Positions 1-9,368 of a stretch of DNA of 64,000 nt are shown here, one piece after another. The notes beneath the pieces are model-generated. The model did not search any database and was not told the origin of the DNA. It saw only the letters and a program-made list of their open reading frames with translations. The stretch lies in contig CBDIIB010000002.1 in NCBI GenBank assembly GCA_965279525.1, forward strand, positions 64,001 to 128,000, written 5' to 3'. Source of the stretch: Tagaea sp. (GTDB taxonomy: Bacteria > Pseudomonadota > Alphaproteobacteria > CACIAM-22H2). Made by a program: the position numbers and the translations under genes. Numbering within the stretch: position 1 is the stretch's first letter; each line of letters starts with the position of its first letter.

Positions 1-1139
1 CCGGTGCGGCGCATGTGCAGCCACGCCGCGTGAAGCGCCACCTGGTCGATGGTCCACGTCGCCGCGCGGTTGGTGAGGAAATGCCGGCAATAGGCGGCGA
101 CGAGGTCGGCATAGCGTCGGCCGGCCGGCGTGTCGCCAAAATAGACCATCGTGGCGAGCAGCCGGTTGGCGAAATCGTAGCGGATCTTGACGTTGGCACC
201 CGCATCGCACGGGGCCAGCTCGTCGAGCCACGGCCGCGGATCGCGCGTGGGGGCAAGGTCGATGTCGCACACCAGGATCGGCCGGCGATAGTGTGCGATG
301 AGGCGGGGCAAGGCGAGGAATCGCGCGCACGAATAATAGGTCTTCGCCGCATAGAGCGGGTCGAGGCCGGGGGCGGCGAAGCAGGCGAGATCGACCGTCT
401 CGCGCGTGACGGCCATGTCGAGATGGCCTTGCGTGAGCTCGACCGCGCGCGCGACCTTCGCCTCGCTCTCCGGCGTCGGGTTCACGACATGCAGGTGCAA
501 CGCGATACCCGGTGCCCGCGCGGCAAGATTGCCCGCGAGCAGGTCGACGAAGCGCGCGGCGTAGCCGGCGTCGGCGGCGGCGAACAGCAGCGGCGTGTCG
601 CCGCCGGCGAAGGCGCCGTCCAGTTCGGGGCCGGGTGACGTGTCGAGGCTTTCGAAGAACGCGTCGTCGAGCCGGATCTGGCGCGCGATGGCCCCGAAAC
701 TCAGATGCGGATCCACGCCGGCGGGCGTGGGCAGCTGCCCCCAGGCGTCGAAGGTGGCGGCGGCACCGGCGACGTCGTCGCGCTCGGCAAGGGCGGTGCC
801 CAGCCCGTAGAGCGAGCCCGAATCCCGCGAATTGAGGGCCGATGCGCGCCGGAAGGCGGCGGCGGCTTCCTCGGCGCGTTCAAGATCGAGCAACGCATTG
901 CCAAGGCGGCGCTCGGCGTCGGCGTCGCGCGGATCGAGCGTCAGCGCCGCGCGGTAGGCCTCGACCGCCCCCGCGGCATCGCCCAGCCCGTGGCGCGCCC
1001 GCCCGAGCAGCGAATGGGCGGGGCCAAGGGCCGGCAGCAGGGAAACGGCCTGTTCGAGGGCGGCGCGCGCCGGTGCGAACGCGCGCTTCTTCAGATGCGC
1101 TTCGCCCTCGCGCAGCAGTCTGGATGCATCGCCGCTCAA
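1..1139 (-). CDS. TPR-repeat protein with a C-terminal GT-A-like (DxD) domain; runs off the left edge of the window
   Basis: Absent from the ORF track because there is no stop in the window. Manual translation from TTG at 1139 (TTGA overlap with the upstream stop) gives [16 protein letters not shown]..., then TPR helices (AHSLLGRARHGLGDAAGAVEAYRAALTLDP; AERRLGNALLDLERAEEAAAAFRRA), then LHLHVVNP, YYSCARFLALP, ILVCDID and WTIDQVAL. Confidence 0.75.
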   Translation of the reverse strand, partial: MSGDASRLLREGEAHLKKRAFAPARAALEQAVSLLPALGPAHSLLGRARHGLGDAAGAVEAYRAALTLDPRDADAERRLGNALLDLERAEEAAAAFRRASALNSRDSGSLYGLGTALAERDDVAGAAATFDAWGQLPTPAGVDPHLSFGAIARQIRLDDAFFESLDTSPGPELDGAFAGGDTPLLFAAADAGYAARFVDLLAGNLAARAPGIALHLHVVNPTPESEAKVARAVELTQGHLDMAVTRETVDLACFAAPGLDPLYAAKTYYSCARFLALPRLIAHYRRPILVCDIDLAPTRDPRPWLDELAPCDAGANVKIRYDFANRLLATMVYFGDTPAGRRYADLVAAYCRHFLTNRAATWTIDQVALHAAWLHMRRT

Positions 1140-2368
1140 GCCTTCGCCGCCTCGAGGATCGCGTGCAGCAGCACGTCGCAGCCCGCCGCGATGTCGGACT
1201 GTTTGGCGTCCTCGATCTCGTTGTGCGAAATGCCGTCGGCGCACGGCACGAAGATCATCGCGGTGGGGGCGACACGCGCCATGTAGACCGCGTCGTGACC
1301 CGCACCCGACACGATCTCCATCGCGCTGTGGCCATGCAGGGCGGCGCCTTGGCGCACCGCATCGACCAGCGAAGACGCGAACGGTGTGGGCGGAAAATAC
1401 CAGAAGTCCTTGATCTCCAGTTCGAGGCCCGCGTCGGTCGCGATCTTCGCGAAGCGTTCCTTCATCGCCTTGTCCATGCCCGACAGGCGCGAGTCGTCGG
1501 GATGGCGGAAATCGATCGTGAAGAACACGCGCCCCGGGATCGTGTTGCGGCTGTTGGGGCTCGACTGGATGAAGCCCACCGTGGCGCACGCACCGGGCTG
1601 GAACTCGTGGCCGATGCGGTTGACCGCGTCGATCATCCGTGCGGCCCCCACGAGTGCATCCTTGCGCCGCGCCATCGGCGTGGGGCCGGCATGCGCCTCC
1701 TGGCCCACGACCGTCACCTCGTACCAGCGTTGGCCTTGGGCACCCGTGACGATGCCGATGGTCTTGCCTTCGGCCTCCAGGATCGGGCCCTGCTCGATAT
1801 GCGCTTCGAAATACGCCGCCGTCGGCCGTCCGCCGACCGGGGCGGGGCCGCGATAGCCGATCTTCGCCAGCGCATCGGCGAACGAAATGCCGTCGATGTC
1901 CTGCTTGGCGTCGATCTCGTCGGCCGGGAACACACCGGCATAGGCGCCCGACCCCATCATCGCGGGCGAGAAGCGCGAGCCTTCCTCGTTGGTCCAGACC
2001 GCAACCTCGACCGCGCGGTCGGTCTCGATCTTGGCATCCGCCAGCGTGCGCAGCACTTCGAGGCCCGCAAGCACGCCGTAGACGCCGTCGAAGCGGCCGC
2101 CGGTGGGCTGGGTGTCGAGATGGCTGCCGGTCATCACGGCGGGAAGCGTGGGGTCACGCCCCTCGCGCCTTGCGAACATGTTGCCCATCCGGTCGACCGT
2201 GACGGTGCACCACAGCGCCTTCGCCCAGCTTGCGAACAGGTCGCGCCCCTGCCGGTCGAGATCGGTGAGTGCGAGCCGGCACACCCCGCCCTTGGGCGTG
2301 GCGCCGATCTTCGCCATTTCCATCAGGCTGTCCCACAGCCGGTCGCCGTCGACGCGCAGATTCCGCAT
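1136..2368 (-). CDS. M20-family Zn-dependent hydrolase (N-carbamoyl-L-amino acid amidohydrolase / beta-ureidopropionase / allantoate amidohydrolase family)
   Basis: Motifs [56 protein letters not shown]. Confidence 0.92.
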   Translation of the reverse strand: MRNLRVDGDRLWDSLMEMAKIGATPKGGVCRLALTDLDRQGRDLFASWAKALWCTVTVDRMGNMFARREGRDPTLPAVMTGSHLDTQPTGGRFDGVYGVLAGLEVLRTLADAKIETDRAVEVAVWTNEEGSRFSPAMMGSGAYAGVFPADEIDAKQDIDGISFADALAKIGYRGPAPVGGRPTAAYFEAHIEQGPILEAEGKTIGIVTGAQGQRWYEVTVVGQEAHAGPTPMARRKDALVGAARMIDAVNRIGHEFQPGACATVGFIQSSPNSRNTIPGRVFFTIDFRHPDDSRLSGMDKAMKERFAKIATDAGLELEIKDFWYFPPTPFASSLVDAVRQGAALHGHSAMEIVSGAGHDAVYMARVAPTAMIFVPCADGISHNEIEDAKQSDIAAGCDVLLHAILEAAKA

Positions 2369-2407
2369 GTCCGATACCCCTTCCGGTAAATCCTTTTACC
2401 CGAACGA

Positions 2408-2436
2408 TTGACGCGGCGGGAAGCCCGACGCATTCT
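2408..2436 (+). promoter_or_regulatory. Putative sigma70 promoter of the dehydratase/TRAP operon
   Basis: TTGACG (2408-2413), 17-bp spacer, CATTCT (2431-2436), about 30 nt before ATG 2467. Palindrome GGTAAA-TCCT-TTTACC lies just upstream (2385-2400). Confidence 0.5.
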
Positions 2437-2466
2437 GCGGGCCATAAATTTCCGGGGGAAACATCC

Positions 2467-4191
2467 ATGCGTCGCAAGAAGCCTGAAGAACTGCGCAGCC
2501 ACCGCTGGTACGGCGCGCAGGACATGCGCTCGTTCGGCCACCGTTCGCGCACCAAGCAGATGGGCTTCTCGGCCGAGGACTACGCCGGCAAGCCGGTGAT
2601 CGCGATCATCAACACGTTCTCCGACGCCAACCCCTGCCACCATCATTTCAAGTCGCGCGTTGAAGACGTCAAGCGCGGCATCTACCAGGCCGGCGGCTTC
2701 CCGCTGGAAATGCCCGCGATGTCGCTGGGCGAGCCCTTCATGAAGCCGACCACGATGATCTACCGCAACCTCTTGTCGATCGACGTGGAGGAGCTGCTGC
2801 GCGCCAATCCGGTCGATGGGGCCGTGCTGATGGGCGGGTGCGACAAGACGGTGCCCGCGATGATCATGGGGGCGGCGTCGATGAACCTGCCCGCGATCTT
2901 CATGCCGGCGGGGCCGATGCTGCGCGGCAACTGGCACGGCAAGACGCTGGGCTCGGGTTCCGACGTGTGGAAGTACTGGGCCGAGAAGCGTGCGGGCAAC
3001 ATCGACGACAAGGCGTGGGTCGAGATCGAGGACGGCATCGCGCGTTCCTTCGGCACCTGCATGACGATGGGGACTGCCTCGACGATGGCCTCGGCGGTCG
3101 AGGCGCTCGGCATGACGCTGCCGATGGCGGGCTCGATCCCGGCGGCGGACTCGGGCCACCCGCGCATGGCGGCGGCGTGCGGCCGACGCATCGTCGACAT
3201 GGTGTGGGAGGACCTCAAGCCCCGCGACATCATGACGACCAAGGCCTTCGAGAACGCCGTGATGGCCGCGATGGCGCTCGCCGGCTCGACCAACTCGATC
3301 ATCCACCTGATCGCGATGGCGGGACGTGTGGGTGCCGATCTCGATCTCGACAAGTTCGACAAGCTCTCCAAGCGCGTGCCCGTGCTCGGCAACATCCGGC
3401 CGAGCGGCAAGTACCTGATGGAGGATTTCTTCTATGCCGGCGGCCTGCCGGGCCTGCTCGACCGCATCCGCGACGTGCTGAACGTCGACTGCGTCACCGC
3501 CAACGGCCAGACGCTGGGCGAGAACATCAAGGGGGCGGGCGTCTACAACGACGACGTCATCCGCACGCGCGACAACCCGGTCGCCAAGGAAGGCGGCGTG
3601 GCCGTGCTGCGCGGCAATCTGTGTCCGGACGGTGCCGTCATCAAGCCGACGGCGGCCGAGCCGCATCTCCTGAAGCATCGCGGGCCGGCGATCGTGTTCG
3701 ACGACTACAACGACATGGCCGCGCGCATCGACGACCCCAAGCTGGGGGCGACGAAGGATTCGGTGCTGATCTTGCGCAGTGCCGGTCCGCTGGGCGCACC
3801 CGGCATGCCGGAATGGGGCCAGCTGCCGATCCCCAAGCGGCTGCTCGAAGAAGGCGTGCGCGACATGGTGCGCATCTCCGACGCGCGCATGAGCGGCACG
3901 TCCTATGGTGCGTGCGTGCTGCATGTGGCGCCGGAATCAGCACTGGGCGGGCCCCTGGCGCTGGTGCGCACGGGCGACATCGTGGCGCTCGATGTCGGGG
4001 GCCGCACGCTGTCGGTCGAGATTTCGGATGCCGAGATGGCCAAGCGCAAGGCGGCCTGGAAGGCACCCAAGCCGCACTACGAGCGCGGCTTCGGCCTCCT
4101 GCATCTCCAGCACGTGACGCAGGCAAACGAGGGTTGCGACTTCGATTTCCTGCGCGGAACGGCGGCGATCGCGGACCCGGAGATTCATTGA
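2467..4191 (+). CDS. araD: IlvD/Edd-family sugar-acid dehydratase (L-arabinonate dehydratase-like)
   Basis: [45 protein letters not shown]. The N-terminus ELRSHRWYG...SFGHRSR is typical of the sugar-acid subgroup. Exact substrate not established. Confidence 0.8.
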   Translation: MRRKKPEELRSHRWYGAQDMRSFGHRSRTKQMGFSAEDYAGKPVIAIINTFSDANPCHHHFKSRVEDVKRGIYQAGGFPLEMPAMSLGEPFMKPTTMIYRNLLSIDVEELLRANPVDGAVLMGGCDKTVPAMIMGAASMNLPAIFMPAGPMLRGNWHGKTLGSGSDVWKYWAEKRAGNIDDKAWVEIEDGIARSFGTCMTMGTASTMASAVEALGMTLPMAGSIPAADSGHPRMAAACGRRIVDMVWEDLKPRDIMTTKAFENAVMAAMALAGSTNSIIHLIAMAGRVGADLDLDKFDKLSKRVPVLGNIRPSGKYLMEDFFYAGGLPGLLDRIRDVLNVDCVTANGQTLGENIKGAGVYNDDVIRTRDNPVAKEGGVAVLRGNLCPDGAVIKPTAAEPHLLKHRGPAIVFDDYNDMAARIDDPKLGATKDSVLILRSAGPLGAPGMPEWGQLPIPKRLLEEGVRDMVRISDARMSGTSYGACVLHVAPESALGGPLALVRTGDIVALDVGGRTLSVEISDAEMAKRKAAWKAPKPHYERGFGLLHLQHVTQANEGCDFDFLRGTAAIADPEIH

Positions 4192-4266
4192 CGGGCAGGG
4201 GGCGGCCCATGCTCTAATCCCTCGTCAGCCCCGTCCAGAGGGCGTCGAATTCGAGGGAGAGAACGC

Positions 4267-5214
4267 ATGATCCGCCGGTTGATTCCCGTCCTCCTTGCGT
4301 CGGCCGTCGTAGCCGCCGCAGGGCCTGCCCTTGCACAGGGCAACACCTACCGCCTGATGTCCGGCCCGCAGGGCGGCGTCTGGGTGCCGCTGTCCGGCGC
4401 CCTCAAGAACCTTTGGGAAAATGCCATCCCGGGCCTCTCGGTGCAGACGCTGCCGGGGGCCGGCATCGCCAACGTGCGCGGCATCGACGAGGACAAGGCC
4501 GAGGTCGGCTTCGGCAACTCGATCTCGACCGTCGACGGCGTCAACGGGGCGGCCCCGTTCCCGCGCAAGGCGGCGAACGTGTGCCAGATGGCCTCGCTCT
4601 ATCCGCAGTATTTCCAGATCGTCGTGAACGAGGATTCGGGCATCAACTCGGTCAAGGACCTCAAGGGCAAGGCGATCGCCGTGCAGTCGCGCGGCAACAC
4701 GGCCGAAGTCGTCACGCAGCACATCCTGCAGACGGCCGGTCTCAGCTACTCCGACATGAAGACCAACTTCCTCGCCTCTTACAACGATGCGGTCTCGATG
4801 CTGAAGGACGGCCAGGCGCAGGCCTTCACGCTCGGCACGACCATCCCGTCGGGTGCGGTGATGGATCTTGCCACGTCGCGCAAGATCCGCGTGCTCGACC
4901 TCAAGGACTCGGTCGACGCGATGAAGAAGATCAACACCGGCTATGTCGGCGTCACGATGCCGGCGAACACCTACCCGAACCAGCCGGCGGCCCTGACCAA
5001 GATCGGCTATGCCGCACACCTGATCGTGTCGTGCAAGCTGCCCGAGGACCGCGTCTACACGATGCTCAAGACGGTCGCGAACAACATCAAGGACCTGTCG
5101 GCCGTCAACAAGGCGATGGAACGCATGACGCCCAAGGAAATGGGCGAAGATATCGGCGTGCCGTTCCACCCGGGCGCCAAGCGCTTCTACAACGAAGTCG
5201 GCGTGAAGATGTGA
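4267..5214 (+). CDS. TAXI-family TRAP transporter solute-binding protein
   Basis: Signal peptide, SGPQGGVWVPL, SLYPQYFQIVV, SVKDLKGK, C-terminal VPFHPGAKRFY. Confidence 0.9.
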   Translation: MIRRLIPVLLASAVVAAAGPALAQGNTYRLMSGPQGGVWVPLSGALKNLWENAIPGLSVQTLPGAGIANVRGIDEDKAEVGFGNSISTVDGVNGAAPFPRKAANVCQMASLYPQYFQIVVNEDSGINSVKDLKGKAIAVQSRGNTAEVVTQHILQTAGLSYSDMKTNFLASYNDAVSMLKDGQAQAFTLGTTIPSGAVMDLATSRKIRVLDLKDSVDAMKKINTGYVGVTMPANTYPNQPAALTKIGYAAHLIVSCKLPEDRVYTMLKTVANNIKDLSAVNKAMERMTPKEMGEDIGVPFHPGAKRFYNEVGVKM

Positions 5215-5221
5215 GGGTACG

Positions 5222-5248
5222 GGCGGGCGGCCTTCGGGGCCGCCCGCC
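5222..5248 (+). terminator. GC-rich stem-loop after the binding-protein gene (mRNA-stabilising element or weak terminator)
   Basis: GGCGGGCGGCC-TTCGG-GGCCGCCCGCC, 11-bp stem, no long U tract. Confidence 0.55.
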
Positions 5249-5270
5249 TTCGTTCCGGGATCCGGGAAAA

Positions 5271-5300
5271 CGGGGCCGGGGGAAATCGGGGCCGGGGGAA
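5271..5300 (+). repeat. Direct repeat CGGGGCCGGGGGAA x2, forming four G tracts
   Basis: Copies at 5271-5284 and 5287-5300, just before the GGAG Shine-Dalgarno (5304-5307). Confidence 0.7.
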
Positions 5301-5308
5301 TTCGGAGA

Positions 5309-7162
5309 ATGACGGATACGACGGGTTACCGGCGCGCGGTCGCCTATTTCATCGGCGCCGTCGGCGCCGCGATGTCGCTCTGGCACATGTGGATCATCGC
5401 GGTGGCGCCGCCCGAGGTGCTCTATTTCCGCGGCGGACACCTGATGTTCGCGATGACGCTGGTGTTCCTCGTCTACCCGTTCGCGACGTCGGACGATCCG
5501 AAGATGCCGCGCCTGGTCGACTGGCTGTGCGTCGCCGGCTCGATCGGCTTCATCGGCTATCTGTGGGTCAACCACGACTATCTGATCAACCGCATCCAGT
5601 ACATCGACGAGCCGACGACGGTCGACCAGATCATGGCGGTGGTCGCGATCGCGCTGGTTTTCGAAGGCACGCGGCGATGCATCGGCTGGGCGTTGCCGAT
5701 CACCTCGATGGTGTTCGTCGGCTACTGCCTCGTCTTCACCAACATCTCGCTGAGCTCGCTGCTCGACCAGACGTATCTGACGACCGAGGGCATCTTCGGT
5801 TCCACGCTCGGCGTCTCGGCGTCCTTCGTGCTGATCTTCGTGCTGTTCGGCTCGTTCATGGAGCGCACGGGTACGGGCCAGCTCTTCATGGATTTCGCGC
5901 TCGCGCTGACCGGCAGCCAGGCGGGCGGACCGGGCAAGGTCTCGGTCATCTCCTCGTCGCTGTTCGGCACGATCTCGGGCTCGGCCGTCGCCAACGTGAT
6001 GGTCGACGGGCCGATCACGATCCCGCTGATGAAGCGCACCGGCTTCAGGCCCCATTTCGCCGCGGCGGTCGAGGCGGTCGCGTCGACCGGCGGCCAGATC
6101 ATGCCGCCGATCATGGGGGCGGCCGCCTTCGTGATGGCGGAATTCCTGCAGACGACCTACCTGCAGGTGACGCTGTGGGCGATCATTCCGTCGCTGCTCT
6201 ATTACGTCGCGTGTTTCGGCGCCGTGCATTTCGAGGCCAAGCGCCAGGGTCTGCTCGGCGTGCCGAAGGCGGAATGCCCGCGCCTCGGGCAGGTCCTGCG
6301 CGAGCGCGGGCACCTGTTCATCCCGATCCTGATGATCCTGGGCGGCATGATCGCGGGCTATTCCGCCCCGCTCTCGGCGCTGTTCGGCACGATCGCGTGC
6401 TTCCCGGTGGCGCTGATGCGCAAGAACACGCGCGCCGGCATCACCTGGTGGACGGTGCTTGATGCACTCATCGACGGGGCCAAGAACGCGCTCGCGGTGG
6501 CGATGGCGTGTGCGTGTGCCGGCATCGTCATCGGCGTGATCTCGCTCACCGGCATCGGCATCCAGTTCACGCAGTGGGTGCTCTATCTCGCCCAGAACAC
6601 GCTGCTGCTTGCCCTGCTCGTGACCGCCATCGCCGGCATCGTGCTGGGCATGGGCATGCCGACCACGCCGGCCTACATCATCATGGTCTCGCTGCTTGTC
6701 CCTGCCCTGATGAAGCTCGGCGTCATCGAGCCGGCGGCACATATGTTCGCGTTCTACTTCGCAATCCTGTCGGCGATCACGCCGCCGGTGGCGCTTGCGG
6801 TGTTCGCGGCGGCGAGCCTAGCCAAGGCCGATCTGTGGGCGTCGGGATGGGCGGCGGTCAAGGTGGGGGCGGCCGGCTTCATCGTGCCGTTCATGTTCGT
6901 CTACCAGCCGGCGATCCTGCTGATCGGCGACTGGCAGTCGATCGCCTACGCCATCGTCACGTCGTCGTGCGGCATCCTGCTGCTGGCCGCCGGCCTGCAC
7001 GGCTATCTGCTGCGGCGTGCGACGAATTTCGAGCGGGCGCTGCTTGTCGCGGCGGCCTTCGCGCTGGTCTATCCCGATTTTGTGGCCGACATCGTCGGCG
7101 TCGGACTCGCCGCACTGGTCGTGGCGATGCACAAGCTCCGGCCCGCCCCGCAGGCGGCTTAG
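5309..7162 (+). CDS. TRAP transporter fused permease (4TM/12TM)
   Basis: Highly hydrophobic. GGPGKVSV, GTISGSAVANV, EAVASTGGQIMPPIMGAAAF, LGMGMPTTPAYI, ITPPVALA. Confidence 0.92.
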   Translation: MTDTTGYRRAVAYFIGAVGAAMSLWHMWIIAVAPPEVLYFRGGHLMFAMTLVFLVYPFATSDDPKMPRLVDWLCVAGSIGFIGYLWVNHDYLINRIQYIDEPTTVDQIMAVVAIALVFEGTRRCIGWALPITSMVFVGYCLVFTNISLSSLLDQTYLTTEGIFGSTLGVSASFVLIFVLFGSFMERTGTGQLFMDFALALTGSQAGGPGKVSVISSSLFGTISGSAVANVMVDGPITIPLMKRTGFRPHFAAAVEAVASTGGQIMPPIMGAAAFVMAEFLQTTYLQVTLWAIIPSLLYYVACFGAVHFEAKRQGLLGVPKAECPRLGQVLRERGHLFIPILMILGGMIAGYSAPLSALFGTIACFPVALMRKNTRAGITWWTVLDALIDGAKNALAVAMACACAGIVIGVISLTGIGIQFTQWVLYLAQNTLLLALLVTAIAGIVLGMGMPTTPAYIIMVSLLVPALMKLGVIEPAAHMFAFYFAILSAITPPVALAVFAAASLAKADLWASGWAAVKVGAAGFIVPFMFVYQPAILLIGDWQSIAYAIVTSSCGILLLAAGLHGYLLRRATNFERALLVAAAFALVYPDFVADIVGVGLAALVVAMHKLRPAPQAA

Positions 7163-7164
7163 GG

Positions 7165-7590
7165 CTAGAAGTCGGTCTTCGCCCCCGGCAACGCCGCAAG
7201 ACCGGCCTTCGCGACCTCGAGATCCTGGTCGCCCGTGCCCGAGCCCACGCCGATGCCGCCGATCGTGTGGCCGTCGACGACGATGGGCGTGCCGCCCTTG
7301 ACGTTGAGGAGCTTGCCTTGCGTGGCGATCGCAAGGCGGATGTCGAGCCCTTCGGCCATGCCGCCGGTGGGCACGCGGCTCGAGGCCGCCGTCATCGCCT
7401 TGCGGGTCGCGGAATCGACCGACAGGATCTTGGCCCCGTCCATGCGCGCGAAGGCGAGCAGGTTCGCCCCGTCGTCGACGATGGCGATGCATTGCGGCAC
7501 GCCCATCGCTTTCGCCTTGGCGACGGCAGCGGCGAGCATCTTGTGCGCGCCTTCGTAGGTCAGCTTCAGCGAGGGCAACGTGTCGGGCAT
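7165..7590 (-). CDS. GlcG/HbpS-family heme-binding protein
   Basis: IAIVDDGANLLAFARMDGA, RKAMTA, GGTPIVVDGHTIGGIGVGSGTGDQD. Confidence 0.88.
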   Translation of the reverse strand: MPDTLPSLKLTYEGAHKMLAAAVAKAKAMGVPQCIAIVDDGANLLAFARMDGAKILSVDSATRKAMTAASSRVPTGGMAEGLDIRLAIATQGKLLNVKGGTPIVVDGHTIGGIGVGSGTGDQDLEVAKAGLAALPGAKTDF

Positions 7591-7772
7591 GTCTGATCCG
7601 TCCGGTTCGATTGCAAGGGCCGGCAGGATGCCAACAAAACGGCCCGCGACGCCAGCTTCGCAGGATTAACCATTTCCGCCGCCATTCCGCGAATGGCCGC
7701 CATGCGGCTTCGTGCTGGAAACCGGACGCGCGCGTCCTATCTCCGCCGGTCCCGGCCTTTCCGGCCGAACCA

Positions 7773-8756
7773 ATGGGAGCGCTGGTCCAACAGATGCGGC
7801 TCGATTTCGAACACCCTGCTTTCGGCCGGGCCGGCGCGCATTTCGCGGTCAGCACGTATCGCGAGATCGTGTTCCGCGTCGAGCTCGGCGAGCTGAACGC
7901 CAGCATCGATCTCGACCAGGTCGCGGGAACGTTCGGCCTGCCGCAGGGTGCGCGCGACCGGCGGCTGCTGAAGCTCGTGCCGGCGGCGATCCGCTACCGC
8001 CGGCGCATCTGCAGCGGCGACGTGCTGCCGAGCGAGACGATCGATGGCAGCCCGTCCTGGGCACCCAAGCCGCATCTGCTGATCCGCGCGGTCCGGCGCA
8101 TCGGCCATGCATTGGGAGCGCCGGGCCTGCTTTCCGACAATTCGCCGCCGGCCGACGGCATCGCGCGCGAGGCGCTGGAGAACCTGGCGCGCGTGGTGCG
8201 CGACCGCTGCAATCCGCGCGAGCTCGATCTTGCCGCCGCCGACATCGCGCAGGTCGCGATGGATACGGCAAGGGTCGACTGGCTGTGCCGTGCCGTGATC
8301 GGACTGCAGCAGGACGTGGGCGCCGTGGCGCGCCTGGCCGCCGGCCGGCAGAACGCGCCGCGGGGCGAGAGTGCGCGCGCGATCGCGCACGGGATGCGCG
8401 ATGCGGTCGTCTGGGCGTCGACGCTTGCCATGCGCCTCGACGCCGTCGTCGCCGATCCGCTGCGCGCTTTCGGTAACATCGACGATTTCAGGCGGCGCCT
8501 GTGGCCGGGACTCGCATCCTTGCGCGCCTTCGCGCTCGACATCGAGCCGTTCGCCGCCGCGTGGGGCGAAGCGCGCGACCGGCGCGGCGGGCCGACCGAC
8601 CCCGATCTCGAGGCGCTTTACCGCCTTGTCGCCGCCCGCTACCAGCCTTTCGACGCCCGCGCGTTCGAGTGGCGCCGCATCCAGCCCGAACTTCTCGTCC
8701 CGACCGGCGCATCGACGCCGACCGACGATGCCAGGGGAGCAAATGTCGATGAGTGA
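7773..8756 (+). CDS. Hypothetical protein
   Basis: Long ORF with normal high-GC codon bias and protein-like sequence (FEHPAF...ELGELNASIDL...DGSPSW). Overlaps the next gene. Start uncertain. Confidence 0.65.
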   Translation: MGALVQQMRLDFEHPAFGRAGAHFAVSTYREIVFRVELGELNASIDLDQVAGTFGLPQGARDRRLLKLVPAAIRYRRRICSGDVLPSETIDGSPSWAPKPHLLIRAVRRIGHALGAPGLLSDNSPPADGIAREALENLARVVRDRCNPRELDLAAADIAQVAMDTARVDWLCRAVIGLQQDVGAVARLAAGRQNAPRGESARAIAHGMRDAVVWASTLAMRLDAVVADPLRAFGNIDDFRRRLWPGLASLRAFALDIEPFAAAWGEARDRRGGPTDPDLEALYRLVAARYQPFDARAFEWRRIQPELLVPTGASTPTDDARGANVDE

Positions 8757-9246
8757 GGACAAGCCGATGCTCGAACTCTGCCGGTACGAGGAGCTGGATC
8801 TTTCCGGCCTCGCCGGCTTTCCGATGCTGGCAAGGTGCCATGCGGCGTGGCTGGCGGCGTGCACTGCAGGCGCGCTGCCGGCATCGATCGACATCGCCGA
8901 CATACCGGCCGACACGCTGCCCTATACGATGCTGCTCGATTTCCTGCCGGAGATCCGCGACGTGCGCGTGCGCATCGCGGGCAACTATGTCGGCGAGCGG
9001 TCCGCCTTCGGCGACAGCGGCCGGGGCCTGCGCGGGTTCTTCAACGAGACCGACGCCGGCATCGTCTTCGAAAGCCTCGTGCGCATCGCGCAGCTGCGGC
9101 TGCCGAGTCTTGCCCGGCGCGACTACGTGTCGATCGAGGGACGGCGCTACGGCTACACGCGCCTGATCATGCCGCTGTCCGCCGACGGGCGCACCGTCTC
9201 GGGCTTTTTCAAGACGATCGAGCCCGCGTCGTTGCTCATCGTTTAG
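8749..9246 (+). CDS. Stand-alone PAS-domain protein (PAS_5-like)
   Basis: Pattern W...GALP..IDIADIP..LPYTMLLD...VRIAG...YTRLIMPLSADGRTVSGF. GGGGAG RBS at about 8734-8739. Confidence 0.72.
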   Translation: MSEDKPMLELCRYEELDLSGLAGFPMLARCHAAWLAACTAGALPASIDIADIPADTLPYTMLLDFLPEIRDVRVRIAGNYVGERSAFGDSGRGLRGFFNETDAGIVFESLVRIAQLRLPSLARRDYVSIEGRRYGYTRLIMPLSADGRTVSGFFKTIEPASLLIV

Positions 9247-9257
9247 GCGCCGGCGCC

Positions 9258-9290
9258 AAAGAAAAAGGCCGCGCCCGGAGGCAGCGGCCC
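9258..9290 (-). terminator. Rho-independent terminator
   Basis: GGCCGC...GCGGCC stem followed by TTTTTCTTT on the minus strand (AAAGAAAAA at 9258-9266 on plus). Confidence 0.8.
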
Positions 9291-9341
9291 GAAGTTGGGG
9301 AGAAACCTGTCCACCAGGGCGAAACGCCCCGCGCGACATGG
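9258..9341 (-). ncRNA. Putative trans-acting small RNA, suhB/alpha-r8 (MmgR)-like
   Basis: The minus strand reads: 5' hairpin (GGGGCG-UUU-CGCCCU, with an outer UGUC/GACA stem), single-stranded UUUCUCCCCAACUUC, then the terminator GGCCGC-U-GCC(UCCG)GGC-GCGGCC-UUUUUCUUU. A sigma54 promoter lies directly upstream. Confidence 0.65.
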
Positions 9342-9350
9342 CTTATCCAA

Positions 9351-9367
9351 AGCATGTTCCGTGCCAA
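9351..9367 (-). promoter_or_regulatory. sigma54 (RpoN) -24/-12 promoter
   Basis: Minus strand TTGGCACGGAACATGCT: full TGGCACG, GG-N10-GC spacing, one mismatch to TTGC. Predicts +1 near 9340. Confidence 0.7.
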
Positions 9368-9368
9368 T

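Noticed and set aside
7617-7634. Possible sigma54 promoter for the glcG-like gene (minus strand TTGGCATCCTGCCGGC)
   Set aside because: Spacing fits, but the -12 element lacks TTGC/ATGC, which is too weak in GC-rich DNA.
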